A stretch of DNA of 64,000 nucleotides from Camelus dromedarius (lineage: Eukaryota): assembly GCF_036321535.1 (NCBI RefSeq), contig NC_087464.1, positions 22,444,001 through 22,508,000 on the forward strand, written 5' to 3'. Both the position numbers and the translations under genes were made by a program. Shown piece by piece: positions 1 to 12,260 of the stretch. The notes under the pieces were generated by a model, which made no database searches, was not told where the DNA came from, and saw only the letters and a program-made list of their open reading frames with translations. The stretch's first letter is position 1, and every line of letters starts with the position of its first letter.

Positions 1-324
1 CTGAACTCGGGTGTCTTATACTGCAAAACCCATGTACAAGAGCATAGAAGGTAGCAGGTCAGTGCCTGGCACATAGCAGGTGTTTTTCCTCCCCTTCTCC
101 CTTTTTACAAACTTCAGTCTCTTGGAAAGGTGCAGAGGCCTGTTCCATCATGGCCAGCTTATGTCTCTAAAGGTGTTTCCTGTCACTCCCTGTGTCCCAT
201 CAACACCACCACTTGTCAGGCCGCATCAGATCACTTGCTGGTCCCCAAGGTCCCCAGACTCCCTGTTCTTCCTTAACTCTGTCTTTTTGAAATCCTCTTT
301 CCCACTGCTTGTCAAGCCTTTTCT

Positions 325-327
<3 letters not shown>

Positions 328-381
<54 letters not shown>
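328..381. repeat. (TG)27 microsatellite, forming the (CA)n tail of the adjacent SINE
   Basis: Uninterrupted TG run, 54 nt, read directly. Confidence 0.97.
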
Positions 382-385
<4 letters not shown>

Positions 386-515
386 GGTGGGGGAGGGTTG
401 GGCGGGTAATTAAGTTTATTTATTTATCTGTTTAATCGAGGTACTGGGGATTGAATCCAGGACCTATATGCATGCTAAGCATGTGCTCTACCACTGAGCT
501 ATACCCTCCCCTCTG
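328..515 (-). mobile_element. tRNA-Ala(AGC)-derived SINE (camelid-type) with target-site duplication
   Basis: Minus strand reads GGAGGGTATAGCTCAGTGGTAGAGCACATGCTTAGCATGCATATAGGTCCTGGATTCAATCCCCAGTACCTC: A-box TAGCTCAGTGG, anticodon loop TTAGCAT, B-box-like GATTCAATCC. An A-rich linker and (CA)n tail follow. Flanked by caagccttttctctc (313-327) and caagctttttctttc (516-530), 13/15 identical. Confidence 0.9.
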
Positions 516-904
516 CAAGCTTTTTCTTTCTCTATCTTTCTCACCTGCAAGCATCAGGCCAAATAGCACCTACTCTGGGATGCTTTCTCTGACCCCCAGA
601 CACAGAATCTGTGGCTCCAGCATCCCTTTGGCTATCTCCACTTACCGTGTACACCTTGTTCGGATGTGGATGAGTGCTTATTTGGGCCTGTCTCTTCCCA
701 TCTTTGTATCCTTGGTGCCAGGCCCTGTTCCTGAGATAGTGTGGGCACTCATAGGAGGGTGTGGAATTTAGTTCAATCCCTCATCCTTTCCTATGACTAA
801 TGCTTAATTTCATCCGTTTTGCAAGGTGAAAACGTTCCCCCAAAGAATTGTTTGCGTCACCTCCGTTCTCTCCGACTCCCACGCCCACCTCCTCACTCAT
901 CTGC

Positions 905-1340
905 TTTTGTAAGGTCACCAGGGACCTCCACAAACACTTTCTTGTCCTCATTCTCCCAAGCTCTCAGCAGTGCTGGGCGGAGATGTCACTCCCTTCTTAG
1001 GTCACTCTTTCCTCTTGGCTTCTGGGCATCACAGTCTGCTGGTTTCCTCTTGCCTCTCCAGGCTCTCCTGGTCCTCAGCTGACCCCTAGATCAGTGCCTC
1101 AGAGCTCTGTCCTAGGCTTCATTCTCTTCTCTCCCTACGTTCATTTCCTGAATGGGCTTGTCTCTTCCTGGAGTTTAAAATACTACCTCCATCTTCAGCT
1201 CTCAGCTCCAGAGTCAAATATCCAATAACCTCAGTGATTTAATTCAACCACTTAGATGATCCATAGGTATCTCAGGCTGTCAGTTTTGTCCCCCAGATCC
1301 TTCCACCCTCGGTCTTCACCCTTGTAGTGAAAGACACAAT
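905..1340 (+). mobile_element. L2 LINE fragment (ORF2 3' region)
   Basis: Pyrimidine-rich sequence resembling the L2 consensus (ggtcaccagggacc..., ctctgtcctaggc..., ctcagctccaga..., cacttagatg). Confidence 0.7.
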
Positions 1341-1588
1341 CCTGGATCCCCTTTCCGGGATCTTGAGAGCCACTCATCTAGGAAGAAAGTGTCTTAGAAG
1401 AGGACTCTGATCTAGAAATGTCTGAATATCACAGCCTCCCACTATCTGACGCAGGTTTGGAGGAAGACCAGATTATCTCACCTGGTGTGCAATGCCCTGC
1501 CTGTTGCAAGCCCAGCCTACCTTTCCAGCCCATCCTTTATCCCGCCCCTAAATCAGAAACGACCTGCAGAAAAAGCTTCCTGACCTCT

Positions 1589-1942
1589 TGCTATGGTCTG
1601 AATGCATGTGTGTGTTGCCCCAACACCACATTCATGTGATGGTATTTGAAGGTGGGGCCTTTGGGAGGTGATTAGGCATGAGGAGGAACCCTCAAGGATG
1701 GGATTCGTGCCTTTATAAGAGGGACCCCAGGGAGCAGAGATCTCCCTCGCCCCTTCCACCGTGGGAAGACACAGCAAGGAGACGTCGTCTATAAACAGGA
1801 AGTGGGCCCTCATCCGACTCCAAATCTGCCTTTGCCTTGACCGTGGACTTCCCAGCCTCCAGAACTCTGAGAAATCAACTTCTTGTTTGTAAGCCACCCA
1901 GTCTCTGGTGTTTTGTTGTAGCAGCCTGAAGGGACCAAGACA
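1589..1942 (+). mobile_element. MaLR solo LTR (MLT1A-like)
   Basis: Starts TGCTATGGTCTGAATG and ends GACCAAGACA, with the characteristic ggacttcccagcctccagaactctgagaaat and taagccacccagtc; about 354 bp. Confidence 0.88.
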
Positions 1943-2310
1943 CTTCAGCTCCAGATGCATCAAGCCAGCCCCTGTCCCTTAAACGCACCTGCAAAGGTCC
2001 ACTCTTGGACTCATTGCTTTCGGTTCCTCTCCATCTACCTCCACCTGCCTTCAGGCCTTTCCAGTCCAGTGTCTTCTAGAATCTTCCATGTCTGCTCCAC
2101 CCAACAATTTCTCAAACTCTTAAAACCCCCTAGTAACACATCAAGTTGGTAGACTTACCACCAGGGCCTTGTACTGACTGTTAGCTTTCCTGGCGCTTAT
2201 GTGGTGCGTCCTTCCCGGATGGGGAGCAAGGACTGAACGGTGTCTGCTTCATCTTGTTTCCCACGCCCAGCACAACGCCTGGCTACACTCCAAGTGCTAA
2301 GGAAGTAGCC
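1943..2310 (+). mobile_element. L2 3' fragment
   Basis: L2-like cagggcctttgtact and cccagcacaacgcctggc tail motifs. Confidence 0.6.
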
Positions 2311-2539
2311 AGTGGTCTCATCGATGCTGGCGTCCCCCTACTTGAGGGCTGTCCTTTTATTTGCTTAGATTTTCTGTTGTAAGGAAGATTCAGGTTTGAC
2401 CCAGTTCCCTCGAGTTTATCTCTGTGAGGCGCTGAAGGCAGGCAGAGATGGATAAGTTGCAAGAACAGCTTTAGGAGACTGCCTGGGCTTCTGGGGCAGC
2501 AGGTGAAAAAGGCCCCGGGCTCCAGCCCCAGCTCAGCCC

Positions 2540-2640
2540 CTGACCATGAGTTTGCTATTTCACCTCTCTTTCCTCGGTTTAATCATCTGTAAAATTGGTA
2601 AGTGGAAATTGGGTATCTGCTTGAGCAGAGGATTCCCTAA
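2540..2640 (+). mobile_element. MIR fragment
   Basis: Degenerate MIR core cctcggtttaatcatctgtaaaattgg. Confidence 0.6.
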
Positions 2641-2959
2641 GATCCTTTCTAGCTCCTCAACCTCAGGATCCTGTTTTTCCTAAAAGCCCTCAGTGTGGTA
2701 AGAATTCCCAAGCTCCCCTCCCAGGAGAGGCAGGGGCGCTCGCCTGAGCCCCCGCCTTGGGCACTAGCCCTCGCCGTCTCCTTCCTCGTCCCAGCAGCAC
2801 CACACTTCTGGGGGAGAGGCGTACTTATCTCCATTTGGCTGGCCAGGAAATGAGACCCAAAGAGGATTTGCCCAAGCTTGGCCGGCCTGTCATGCGACTC
2901 CAGGGATGTCCCTTACACCACAGCCTGTGTGAGCGATGCTCCCCGGGACCATTGCACGT

Positions 2960-3117
2960 CAGTGATTCTCAAGCTTTAGTGTTTGAATCACCCAGGGATC
3001 TCGTTAAAATGGATTTTGATTCAGTCACTCTGAGGTACAGCCCAAGATTCTGTATTTCTAACAAGCTCCCAGGCGATGTGGCTGTTGCCTGGTCTCTGGA
3101 CCCCACTTTGAACAGCC
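2960..3117 (-). mobile_element. MER5A hAT-Charlie MITE
   Basis: cagtgattctcaa terminus, gaatcacccaggg, tttctaacaagctcccagg, ggaccccactttga. Confidence 0.8.
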
Positions 3118-5167
3118 AGGTCATATGCAACCTGTGTGGCTGTACACGGCAGCCCTCAAAAGCAGATGTGGGAGTTCAGCTTAGGTCTTTTCACTCAAAG
3201 TCCTGTGTACTCAGTGCTGAGCCAGGACTTTGCAAAAAGCACCTCCACTCTGGGCACATGGGTCCCTGGAGAACTAGAGAAAGCTTGATAAGGAAAGACT
3301 TACTAAAGAGAAACTGAGTCCTGCCCTGCTGGTCAGGAATCCTTGGCCAGGGCCCTTCTGGAGCAGGCACAGGTCTGCAGGGGCCGGGAGCCCTGTGGGA
3401 ACAAAGAGGGGCCAAGGGACCGCATGCCTGGCCTCACGGTGATCTGGGGCAGGAGGAATGAGGAATGACAGCCTGACGGCCGAGCTCACATCTGCAGCTC
3501 CCAGGGCGGCTAATGAGCAAGGCGTTCTTCCGTTCTTCCGTTCTCCGTGCAGGGGCTGAGAAGTGGGATGATGCTTGCAAGGGGAGAGAGGTGCTGAGTT
3601 GCAGCCTGGGAGGCCTTAATTTCTGGGATCCTCCCCGCCACAGCTGAGCTGGATCTGGGCCTGTTGCTGTTTGCTGGGAACAGCCTGACATTTTACAAGG
3701 AACCCTTTGCACATGGATGCTCCTTCTGGCCTCTCACGAATAATTGCCCGAGAGGCGCAGGTGCTCCCCGCTGGGGCTGGACTCTCAGCTGGGGAAGCCA
3801 ACATGACATAATATACTGGGACAGGCTTTGTAAACTACAGAGAGCTGTGCAAATGCCAGGAGCCCTGGGGTGAAAGGTGGGCCTGCAGTGAGGCACAGCG
3901 CTGGAGGGGAGTTAGAAAGGCAGCGGTGAAAGAAGGGCTCCTGAGGGGCAAGGCTGGGAGGCCTTGGGGAAACCCAGCAGCAGAGAGCTGGGTGTCCAGA
4001 CAAACAGAGGAGAGGACAGAGGGAGCAGCCAATCTGCAGGTGGGGACCTGGGGTTAAACATTAGCCCTGCCACTCACCAGCTTCAGGCAAGTACCTGCAG
4101 TTCTGTGAGCCCCTTCCACCTCCTGTGTGCCTAGGGACAAAAAAACAGCAGGGGCTGGGACATATCTGCCGGATTACCAGTGGTTTATGTGTTCCTGGGG
4201 GTGCCTAGCACAGTAAATGTAAGTTGACTCTGAGGCTCAGGGTCATGTGTGGCAGGCCGCTGAGCACTGAGCAGGGACTGGGAGACCTGCTTGGCCATGG
4301 GGTCCTGGACTGGCCTTGGACAAATGTCTTCCTCTTGCAGGGCCTTGGTTTCCCCTTGTGCATATTGGGGAGGGGTTGGTGTGAATGGCCCACAAGTGCC
4401 CTTCTAGCCCTGGGCCTGGGCTCCAGATGGCTGCAGGTTCTGGCCAGCAAGGCCTGAATTGGGAAATCTACTCTGAGGCTTCAACAGGGCTAAGCTGGCA
4501 GAGCCTTCCAGGGCCAGAGGGATGGGCCTCAGCCTCCACTGGGGTTGGATTCTGAAGCCAAATGGCCACTCAGCAGCATCTCCCCTCAGGCAGGGGCCCA
4601 AGGCTGCCCAGTCGCCAGATGCTGGGCTAAATGGAGCTTTAGCCTTGCAAGGCTATGTCTGAGCAGCAGGGCGAGCCCCTTGGGCATGGTCTTAGAGCTC
4701 TGCTTCATCCTCTCTGCTCCCATGTCCACAGGCAGGAGAACCAGGGAGACACACTGGTTTCTGCATCCTCAGCAGGCCGTGTTCCAGAAACTCAGCAGAG
4801 AAATGTGACGGGAATAAGGATACAAACTGGGCTGGTGCGGATGCAGGGCCTGTGGGGTCAGAGGGCATGTCCATGGAGAACACAGATGGGGAAGGCTGAG
4901 ACCCAGAGGCAGAACTTTCTCGGGGTTGCATGGAAGCAGGAGGCAGAGCCAGGCCTGCGACCTGCACTGTATCTTCTTTCTGCCACTTACTGTCTTCTGG
5001 CACAGACCATATAACTGCTATTTCAAAATGCAATTGTTTCTGTCTTCTGATTCTAACTCTCTCCCCGGACAGCCCTTCTGAAATGGGAAGCCGATGCACC
5101 CGTCCCCCCAGAGTCTGCTGGCTGCTCGGATAAACATCCTGTTTCTTCAACCATTTTGCTCCCCATT

Positions 5168-5357
5168 AGGGTTGCTAGATTTAGAAAAAATTTATTAAGA
5201 CAGGATACCCAGGAAATTTAAATTTCAGGTAATGAATAATTTTTTAGTGTTAAGTACAATCTATGCAGTATTGGGGACAATCTTATACTAAAAACTATGT
5301 GTTGTTTCTCTGAGATTCAAATTTAACTGAAAGTCCTCTATTTTATCTGATAACCCC
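5168..5357. mobile_element. MER53 hAT MITE (near-palindromic)
   Basis: Termini agggttgctagat and atctgataaccc; internal inverted aaatttaaatttcag/ctgagattcaaatttaac and tttttagt/actaaaaa. Confidence 0.85.
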
Positions 5358-7034
5358 ACCTACCCCCCCCCCCACCACATCCTGGCTAACCTCTCTGGGG
5401 AGTGCTGGCAAAGTTTTAAGATCATGGAGGGTCTCCTTTCGGTGCATGGTGGCTTTAATGGGCAGCCCCTAACCACCTCCCCGCCTGCCTCACCCTGGCA
5501 GCCCGCAGGCTCCCCGCCCTCAGGCCTGTGGCCAGTTTATGCTGGAGGAGGGGCGGCTCATTCTCCGCAGGGACCGTGTTCACTGTCTCTGGCTCCCATT
5601 CCAGCCTCAGGCAGGTTGCTTATCTCTCCACTCCTTGGTCACGCTGTTCATTACCACCATTCAGCCACTTGGCCTTTGTTGCTGGGCATGTAGAACACAA
5701 TTTATTCTTCTCTTTCACCCTAAAATGGGGGCTCTGGGAAAGGAGCCAAGGATTTGTGAAGGGTCCCTGAAAGCTCCACCTGCCCCGCCTGCCTCCTGCG
5801 GCCGGCCTAACACCTGTAGGGTGGATGTGACCTGCTCCACGCCACAGGCAGTGGCTCCTGGACTCTCCCCAAGAAGTCCTCTGCTGAAGAAGGAAGCCAT
5901 CTGAAAATCCCAGCCGTGGCCCCCATGGGCCTGTGTTCACAGCCCACTCTGTACCAGCAGAAAGCTCAGTCAGCACCTCTGTCCACTCCGGGGCTGCAGA
6001 GGAGACAAGTGAGTGAGCCCCTTCCTCCTCCTCCCGACCCCTGCCCCTCCCCAAGGACAGAGGCCAGCCGGGCACACACATGCACACACAGCTCCCAGAA
6101 GCCAGTCAGGTGACAGACCTCTCCCGGTCTCCTCCCTCTGCTGCGCTTAGCCTGGTGTTCCCCTGAGGCCGACTGAGTGAGCTGTGTGAAAGGGGTTTAC
6201 CAGGAAGCTCTCAAGGAGAACGCCCTGCAGAGGAACAGGGAAGTGAGGCAGGGAAGCAAAGAGAAGATGCCAAGTAAGAGCGCGGATTCGAGGGAAGCTG
6301 CTCAGAGGGTGACTTTGGCCCAGTCCCATGGGGAGCTTCTGGGGACACCACGGCATTGTCCCCATCAGTGGTAAGAGGGTGAGGTGTCCACAGGTCTGCA
6401 CTGCCAGTCCTTGTGGGACACAAATTTCCAGGCACTTCCTGGTCCGGGTGGGTGCAGGCAGAGTGGTTCTGGCAGCCTGGGGCTATCCTCCCGGAGGGAG
6501 GGTGTGAAGGCCGGGGGTGGGCCAAGGCGGGGAAATGCGGAGGGAAGGTGGGGGCAGGAGCGCGGGGGAGGGGCACCTTGGAGTTTGTTTCCCTCAGAAA
6601 AAGCTCCCTAGCACAGCACTCCCGCCCCACCCCTGCGGTCTCCAGTTCCAAAGCCATTACTCTGAGAACAATAAGCCCATTGTCCACACTTCCTGACCAA
6701 TCCCCTCAGTGTGGCCGGGAGGAGAGAGGGGCAGGTCCAAGGGCTGAAGGCCCATCTTAGGCCAAGAATCAAGGCTGAGCCGCCCGGCTGGGTCACGTGT
6801 GGGGAAGACCTGGCTCCCAGGCCTGGTCATTGCCGCTTGACCCCCCATAACTAACTCAGTTGGCTTCCAGGTTCTACTCCATTGAGGCCAAGCCTGCTTC
6901 TGGCTGGAGCTGCAGAAAGCTAAGGGCCCGCCCCGGACTCCCTGAGCACCCACTGTGCGCAGGACCCTGTGCTAGGCTAGAGCTTTCTTTATTTCATTTC
7001 CCCTCATGCCCAGCCCCACTATGTAACTACTATG

Positions 7035-7150
7035 AGTCCATTTATTGAGATAAGAAAGCTGAGGCTCGGAGAGACTCAGTGGCTAACCTGACTGTACATG
7101 GCAGCTAAGTGGTGATGTCATGTTCAAATTCAGGCCTGCTGGGCCTCTCA
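7035..7150 (-). mobile_element. MIR fragment
   Basis: ccatttattgagataagaaagctgaggctcggaga, reverse MIR core. Confidence 0.7.
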
Positions 7151-8149
7151 GCTGAGCAGCTCTCTGCATTTCCAAGGTCCTGTCTCCAGGAGTCCACACT
7201 GGAGTCAGTAAGAGGTGGAGTCACCAACCTAGGGCTGGACGGGCCAGGTCTCCTAAGTGCCTTGGCACCAGCAAAGCAGGGCACGCCCCAAATGAGAAGT
7301 TTTGGAGAAATGACCCATTTTAAAAAATCACTGTAGAGTCATAATGGAAAAACTCAGACCATTGTAGAATTTCCTTATCCTTGTTTTGTGATTTAGAACT
7401 AGCTTTATTTTAATTTGTACGTGGTAAGTGGGGTGCACCTTCTGTCTGCCAGGTCCTGTGCCCTGTATTCCCATGCAGGGAATACAGCTGTTTCTGCTTT
7501 CCTACCTGCACTTAGGGACAGCTACACATACTGACATGCTTTGTCAACTGTAAAGTACTGTACACTCACTTCCAAGTGCCATAGGCCCCCTTCCTCTCCC
7601 CTTCCTCTAAACCTCCTCCCACATGAAGCCACTTTGTGACCAGATGGGATCACGCCTCCTCTGAACACTCCTGGCACCCTGGCTGGGCCTCCTGATGCCC
7701 TCTGCTGAGTGTGACAGCAGTTACTTCAAGCCCCAGCCCTCCAGACCCCGCCACCTTGGGGTAGGAATCAGTCTGATTCCCCAGCACCCAGCCCAGGCCC
7801 ACATGCACGGGAGCCACTCAGGAGATGTTGGTTCAAATTTTCTGAATTAAATTGACCTCAGAGCCACAGCAGGTCACAATTTTCTAAGAGAGGGGAGGTG
7901 GTGTCCCCCAGCTGGATTCCAGTTGGCTCCTTACCATCTTGCTTCTTTCTTGACTGTGTGTCCCATACCTGCTCCCATCCCCCACCTTCCCACCTGGTTC
8001 CCACACTCCCCTTTCCGGCCTCCACCAGACTCCTTTCTGGTAGGACACGGTTCCTCCAGCCTCCCCTTCCTGCCTGAAATCCCACCCCTCGGTATGACCC
8101 ACGAGGGGAAAGGACAAGGACTGTGGCAGACCAGGACCAAATGTAGGCC

Positions 8150-8225
8150 CCTGCTCTTACTACTCTTTGGGCAAGTAGTTCCCCTCCCTAAGCCTCAGTT
8201 TCCCTATCTGTAAAATGGAGGATGG
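8150..8225 (+). mobile_element. MIR fragment
   Basis: ctttgggcaagtagttcccctccctaagcctcagtttccctatctgtaaaatgg. Confidence 0.8.
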
Positions 8226-8309
8226 GTAGTTGAGATTCACAATTAAATTCTAAGATACCTTTCCACTAAGCGAAATCTTGTTACTTCTTTCCTTTTTTAA
8301 GTTTGTTCT

Positions 8310-8480
8310 ATTAATGCTTATTAAGCACTTTCTACTAGAGACAGTGTAAGGAAGACACAGTACCTGCCCTTAGGAACTCTAGAAGGGGAGACAGAAAAAT
8401 GAACAGAAGTACCTGCTCTGGAACATAGAGGAGGCTCCTTAGCTAGTCCTGAAGCCCCTCCTGAGGGGCTGAGGCCTGGG
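8310..8480 (-). mobile_element. L2 3' fragment
   Basis: ttattaagcacttt and cctgcccttaggaactctagaagggga, reverse L2 tail. Confidence 0.6.
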
Positions 8481-8540
8481 GAGGCATAAACAGCCCGGAG
8501 TCTCCAGGTGCGGACTGGCTGGGAGGTTTCCAGGAGGTTT

Positions 8541-8700
8541 CCAGGTTAACTAGTGAAGCTTAAGTTTCAGGACATCTTCCAAGATCCTGTATCAATTTTT
8601 ATTCATAATTTTGTATTATTTTTCTTACAGAGCCCTCCAAATTGTATAAGGTTCAGGGTCACCTAAATGTACCCCAGCAGCCTGTCGGAAAGCCTGGCCT
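8541..8700. mobile_element. hAT-Tip100-type MITE remnant
   Basis: tgaagcttaagtttcagg, taattttgtattatttttctt and ccctccaaattgtataaggttcagg resemble remembered Tip100-family MER elements; exact subfamily not assigned. Confidence 0.6.
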
Positions 8701-9964
8701 GCCTTCCTGGGGATTCTCTGCCAGGTTTTCCATCATCCTCACCTTCCCTGCTTCAGCACCTGCAGTTGCCTGCTCCCTCAGCCTATTCGCCAGCAGGGCA
8801 TCTCTGGGGGTACAGGGCAGGGCTTCTACTCCCTGCCTAGGTGGGGCTCTGAGCTCCTTAAGGGTGGAGGTTCTTTCCACTGCCCCCTGAAGGTGCATGG
8901 CAGGTCTCAGTGTGTTCTCCTGCCTGTGGCCTCCCTGGACTGGGAGGCAGGCTGGGCATGGGTTGGCCTGGCTGCCAAGGGTGGATAAAACCTGGTGGTG
9001 GGCCTGAGCCAGGGCTTCTTTTGGACAGAGAGAATGCCACCACCCTACCCCACCAGACACACACACAACGTGTCCCTGTGTTGGTGGAAAGGCTGGGACA
9101 CAACTGCAGGCAAAACCTTTCATATTCCAGTGGCTGGGATGAAAGGGAAACCTTTAAACAATTTGGACCTATAAAGTGTAGCTTAAATGCATCGGGGGTG
9201 GTGAGGAGTTTATACTCTGCTAAGAGCTTCTGCGTCAATTATAAATTCTTCCAATTTCCAGCCTGACCTCCTGGGATCGGCCTGCCTAGGTTCCCCTGGC
9301 TGGCTGGGGGAGGTCCAAGGCCCCAGCAACATGCCTGACCCTGCCAGGTCCAGGGTTTCTGGGTAGGGTTCAAGTCCTGGGCAGTTCCAAGACAGCATCA
9401 CTGCCTCCAGTAGCTGCCAGCCATCATCCAGCCTTACAAGTGTGGAGCTGGAGCAGACTGGCTCAGTATGGTCTGGTGGGCCTCCCTGCACCAGGGGCTG
9501 GCCAAGGAGCCTCCCCGGAACACTGAAGCAGAGGCAAAGTCACAGCCCTGGGGGCCATGAAAGGCAAGTCCCTGTGCTTTCAGCTAATTACATAGGGCAG
9601 AAATGCACAGAAACTGTCCACCCACTCTTCAAAACCCAGCATGGTCCTTGCTTCCTTGCTTCCTTCCTTCCTAAATAATTGAATAATTCACTCCAGAAGG
9701 CATTAGGACCCCCTACCCCTTCCCCAGTACTTGCTGAAGGCAGCAGGGAGTTTGGGGCGGAGCAAGGAGATGGCCAAGCAAAGAGGCGGCCGTTGGGGTC
9801 AGGAGACTGGCTACGTTTAGAGGGATTGAACAATAAGTAAATATATTGAGGATGGTGGGAGCCAGATTTCTTGCTGTTGGGGAAGGACACTGCAAATATG
9901 AAAAGGGGAGAAGCTAGACTGAATCCTGTGTTGGTGGATTGGAAATAGAGTTATCGATGTGACT

Positions 9965-10330
9965 TAATGGTTTTCTATGCTACGACATAGATGAAACTTG
10001 AGGGCATTATTCTAAATGAAATAAGGCTGTCACAAAAGGACAAATACTTTATGATTCCAGTTTGTGAGGTACCTAGAGTAGTCAAATTCATAGAGATGGC
10101 AAGTAGATGGTGGTTGCTGAGGGCTGGGAAGACCCAGGAGTGGGGAATTATTGTTTAATGGGTACAGGGTTTTAGTTACACATGATGACAGAGTTACGGA
10201 GATGGATGGTGGAGATGGTTACACAGCATTATGGATGCATTTAACACCACTGAACTGTATGCTTAAAAATGATTAATATAGTAAATTTTATGTAAAATAT
10301 TTTACCACGATAAAAAAATTGGAGAAAAAA
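9965..10330 (+). mobile_element. L1M 3' UTR end (L1MA/MB-type)
   Basis: aaacttgagggcattattctaaatgaaataag, gtagtcaaattcatagaga, atggatggtggagatggttacaca, A-rich end. Confidence 0.88.
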
Positions 10331-10399
10331 ATCAATCAAGTTGTAACAGAAGAGGTGTACAGCTTACTGTATAAAAATTGTACCTCTTACTTTTAAAAA

Positions 10400-11000
10400 A
10401 TGAAGAAATGTGAGGGTAATGAGCTGAAACATGGTGAGAATGTATGGTATGGAGGGAAAATAGGGGAGGGCGTGGGAAGAGGCTGGGAGAGGGACAGGCT
10501 GATTTGAGGCCCTTGTAGAGAGTATGGATTTTTTTCCTTGTAAGGACTTTGGAGTTTTTCCCCAAGAGAAAGAGAAGCCATCAAAAGTTCTAATAAGGAA
10601 GTGACATGATTACATTGCATTTTAAAGATCTTTCTGGCTGCAGAGGGTTCAGCAGATTTGAGGGACAAGAGTGGAGGCAGGAAGACCAATCATGAGGTGG
10701 GGGATGTCAGCGGCTTGGCCCAGGCAGAGGGCAGGTTCGCAGAATCATTGGTGTTGGTGGTGACTTGTAAGTAGAGCAAGGGAGAGACAGGAGTCCCAGA
10801 GATGCCCAGGCCTTTGCCTTAGGTGACTGTGTAGGTTGCAATTCATCTTTTAGGACTGGGGGTAGTGGAGGCAGGGAGGTTTAAGGCGCAAAGAAGGAGG
10901 ATGTGAGTTCAGTCATGATGTGCTAAGTTGGAGGCACTCATGGAACATCCAGGAAGCAGTGGGAAATAAAAGTTTGGAGAACACAAAGGAATGGGCTTGA
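10400..11000 (-). mobile_element. L2 fragment
   Basis: Purine-rich reverse L2: gtgacatgattacattgcattttaaagatc, gtggaggcaggaagaccaatc, ggaacatccagg. Confidence 0.75.
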
Positions 11001-11214
11001 ATGCCTATACTAGGGGCAGGCACACAAATAAGGAAAGTGGTCGTGGGTAGAGAGTGGCAGAGACCATGGCAAAATAGGGAGTCTGTGTCTTTTGTGAAGG
11101 AGGCAGCTGCTAACCAAAGCTCATTTAGAATAAAGATCCAGCAGTGCAGGCCTTCCAGGTGTTCAAGAAAAAGTGAAAATCTGGATTTTGAATATGAAAT
11201 TTGCAGATTAAAAG

Positions 11215-11305
11215 ATTTTTTCTAATTGAAGAATACATACAGAAAAGTGCATGCAATCTAAGTGTACAGCTTGAAAAATTATCACAAAGTGAACTCACTC
11301 ATAGA
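11215..11305 (-). mobile_element. L1M 3' end fragment
   Basis: tttctaattgaagaatacatacagaaaagtgc...aagtgtacagcttgaaaaattatcacaaagtgaac. Confidence 0.7.
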
Positions 11306-12039
11306 AATCTGCTGGTTTTCAAATGTTAAGCAACTAATTAAAGCTCTTTAAAAACACTGCAGGTCAAACAGGAACATGTCTGCATGAAGCTGGGGCCACC
11401 ATTTTGGAAAATGAGAGGGAGGTCTGCAAAGGAACTTGTAGCTGGTCTGTGGGGCAGGGTTGTGGAAGAGACTGAGAAAGAGAAAGTGGACAGTGAGAGG
11501 TGAGAGAGCTGGTGGGGTTCTGGGAAACACCAGACCCCCATTTAAAGGAGCAGGGAGGAGAGGAATGTCCAGGGGTCTTGGGTTCCAGTGAAGTGACCAG
11601 TTGTAGCTTGAAGATCTCTGACTGGGCCATCCAGGGAGGCTTCAGAGAGGAGGTGGCCTCACACGTAGAGAGAGAAGGTCTAATGGGTCACGGTCACTTA
11701 GGACCCTCTAGGCCCTGGGGCAGAGTATGAATGCTGCTTGAGGGCAACAGGTTAGAGAAATTAATGGCGCTCTGATTTCATTTTCTCTCTTGATGAAAAA
11801 CAGGTGACTTTTACTCCGTTGCAGAGCAAGCAGAAGCTCGGTACGGACCCAGTTGCACAGGCGATGCCGTGAAGTTTTCCCAGCTCTTTCAGGTACCATC
11901 CCTCCATTCGCAGCTCACGGCGGGTTCGACACCCAGCTCCTTCCCCAGAGTCACTCGCCATCTTGAAGACAGACAAGAAAACAACATTGTGACCAGGAAG
12001 GAGTGGGGCAGGGTGGTGCTGCTGAAGCCACAAGGAGAG

Positions 12040-12260
12040 CGCTGATCTCAGGCTGAGGCTTTATGAGGATTTGAGGGCCAGGTGTCTGCAGGGGAAGAAG
12101 GGGTAAGGGTTGGGGCATCCCAGGAAGAGGGGACAGCATGAGCAAAGGCCGAGCAGTGAGAAACAGCGTGGTTGTGTGGGAAACCCCAAGAGTATGGCAA
12201 AGGTTGCATGTGAGGCTCGGAGTAAAGGAAACTAAGGCGGGGGCACTGCTGTGGGATTGC
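12040..12260 (-). mobile_element. L2 fragment
   Basis: ggcatcccaggaagaggggacagcatgagcaaaggcc, a hallmark reverse L2 3' motif. Confidence 0.7.

Noticed and set aside
80-409. ORF with VCVCVC tract
   Set aside because: Translation of the (TG)27 microsatellite.
438-510. Functional tRNA-Ala(AGC) gene
   Set aside because: It is embedded in a SINE body with tail and TSD, with stem mismatches and an altered B-box. It is a SINE head.
6100-6800. CpG island / first exon (ATGCCAA|GTAAGA near 6268)
   Set aside because: GC-rich and G-tract-rich, but CpG density looks well below island level and no downstream exon can be linked.
8521-8545. Short direct duplications (ggaggtttcca x2; also 3525-3545, 56806-56825, 63419-63441)
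   Set aside because: Ordinary slippage duplications of 8-13 nt with no further structure.
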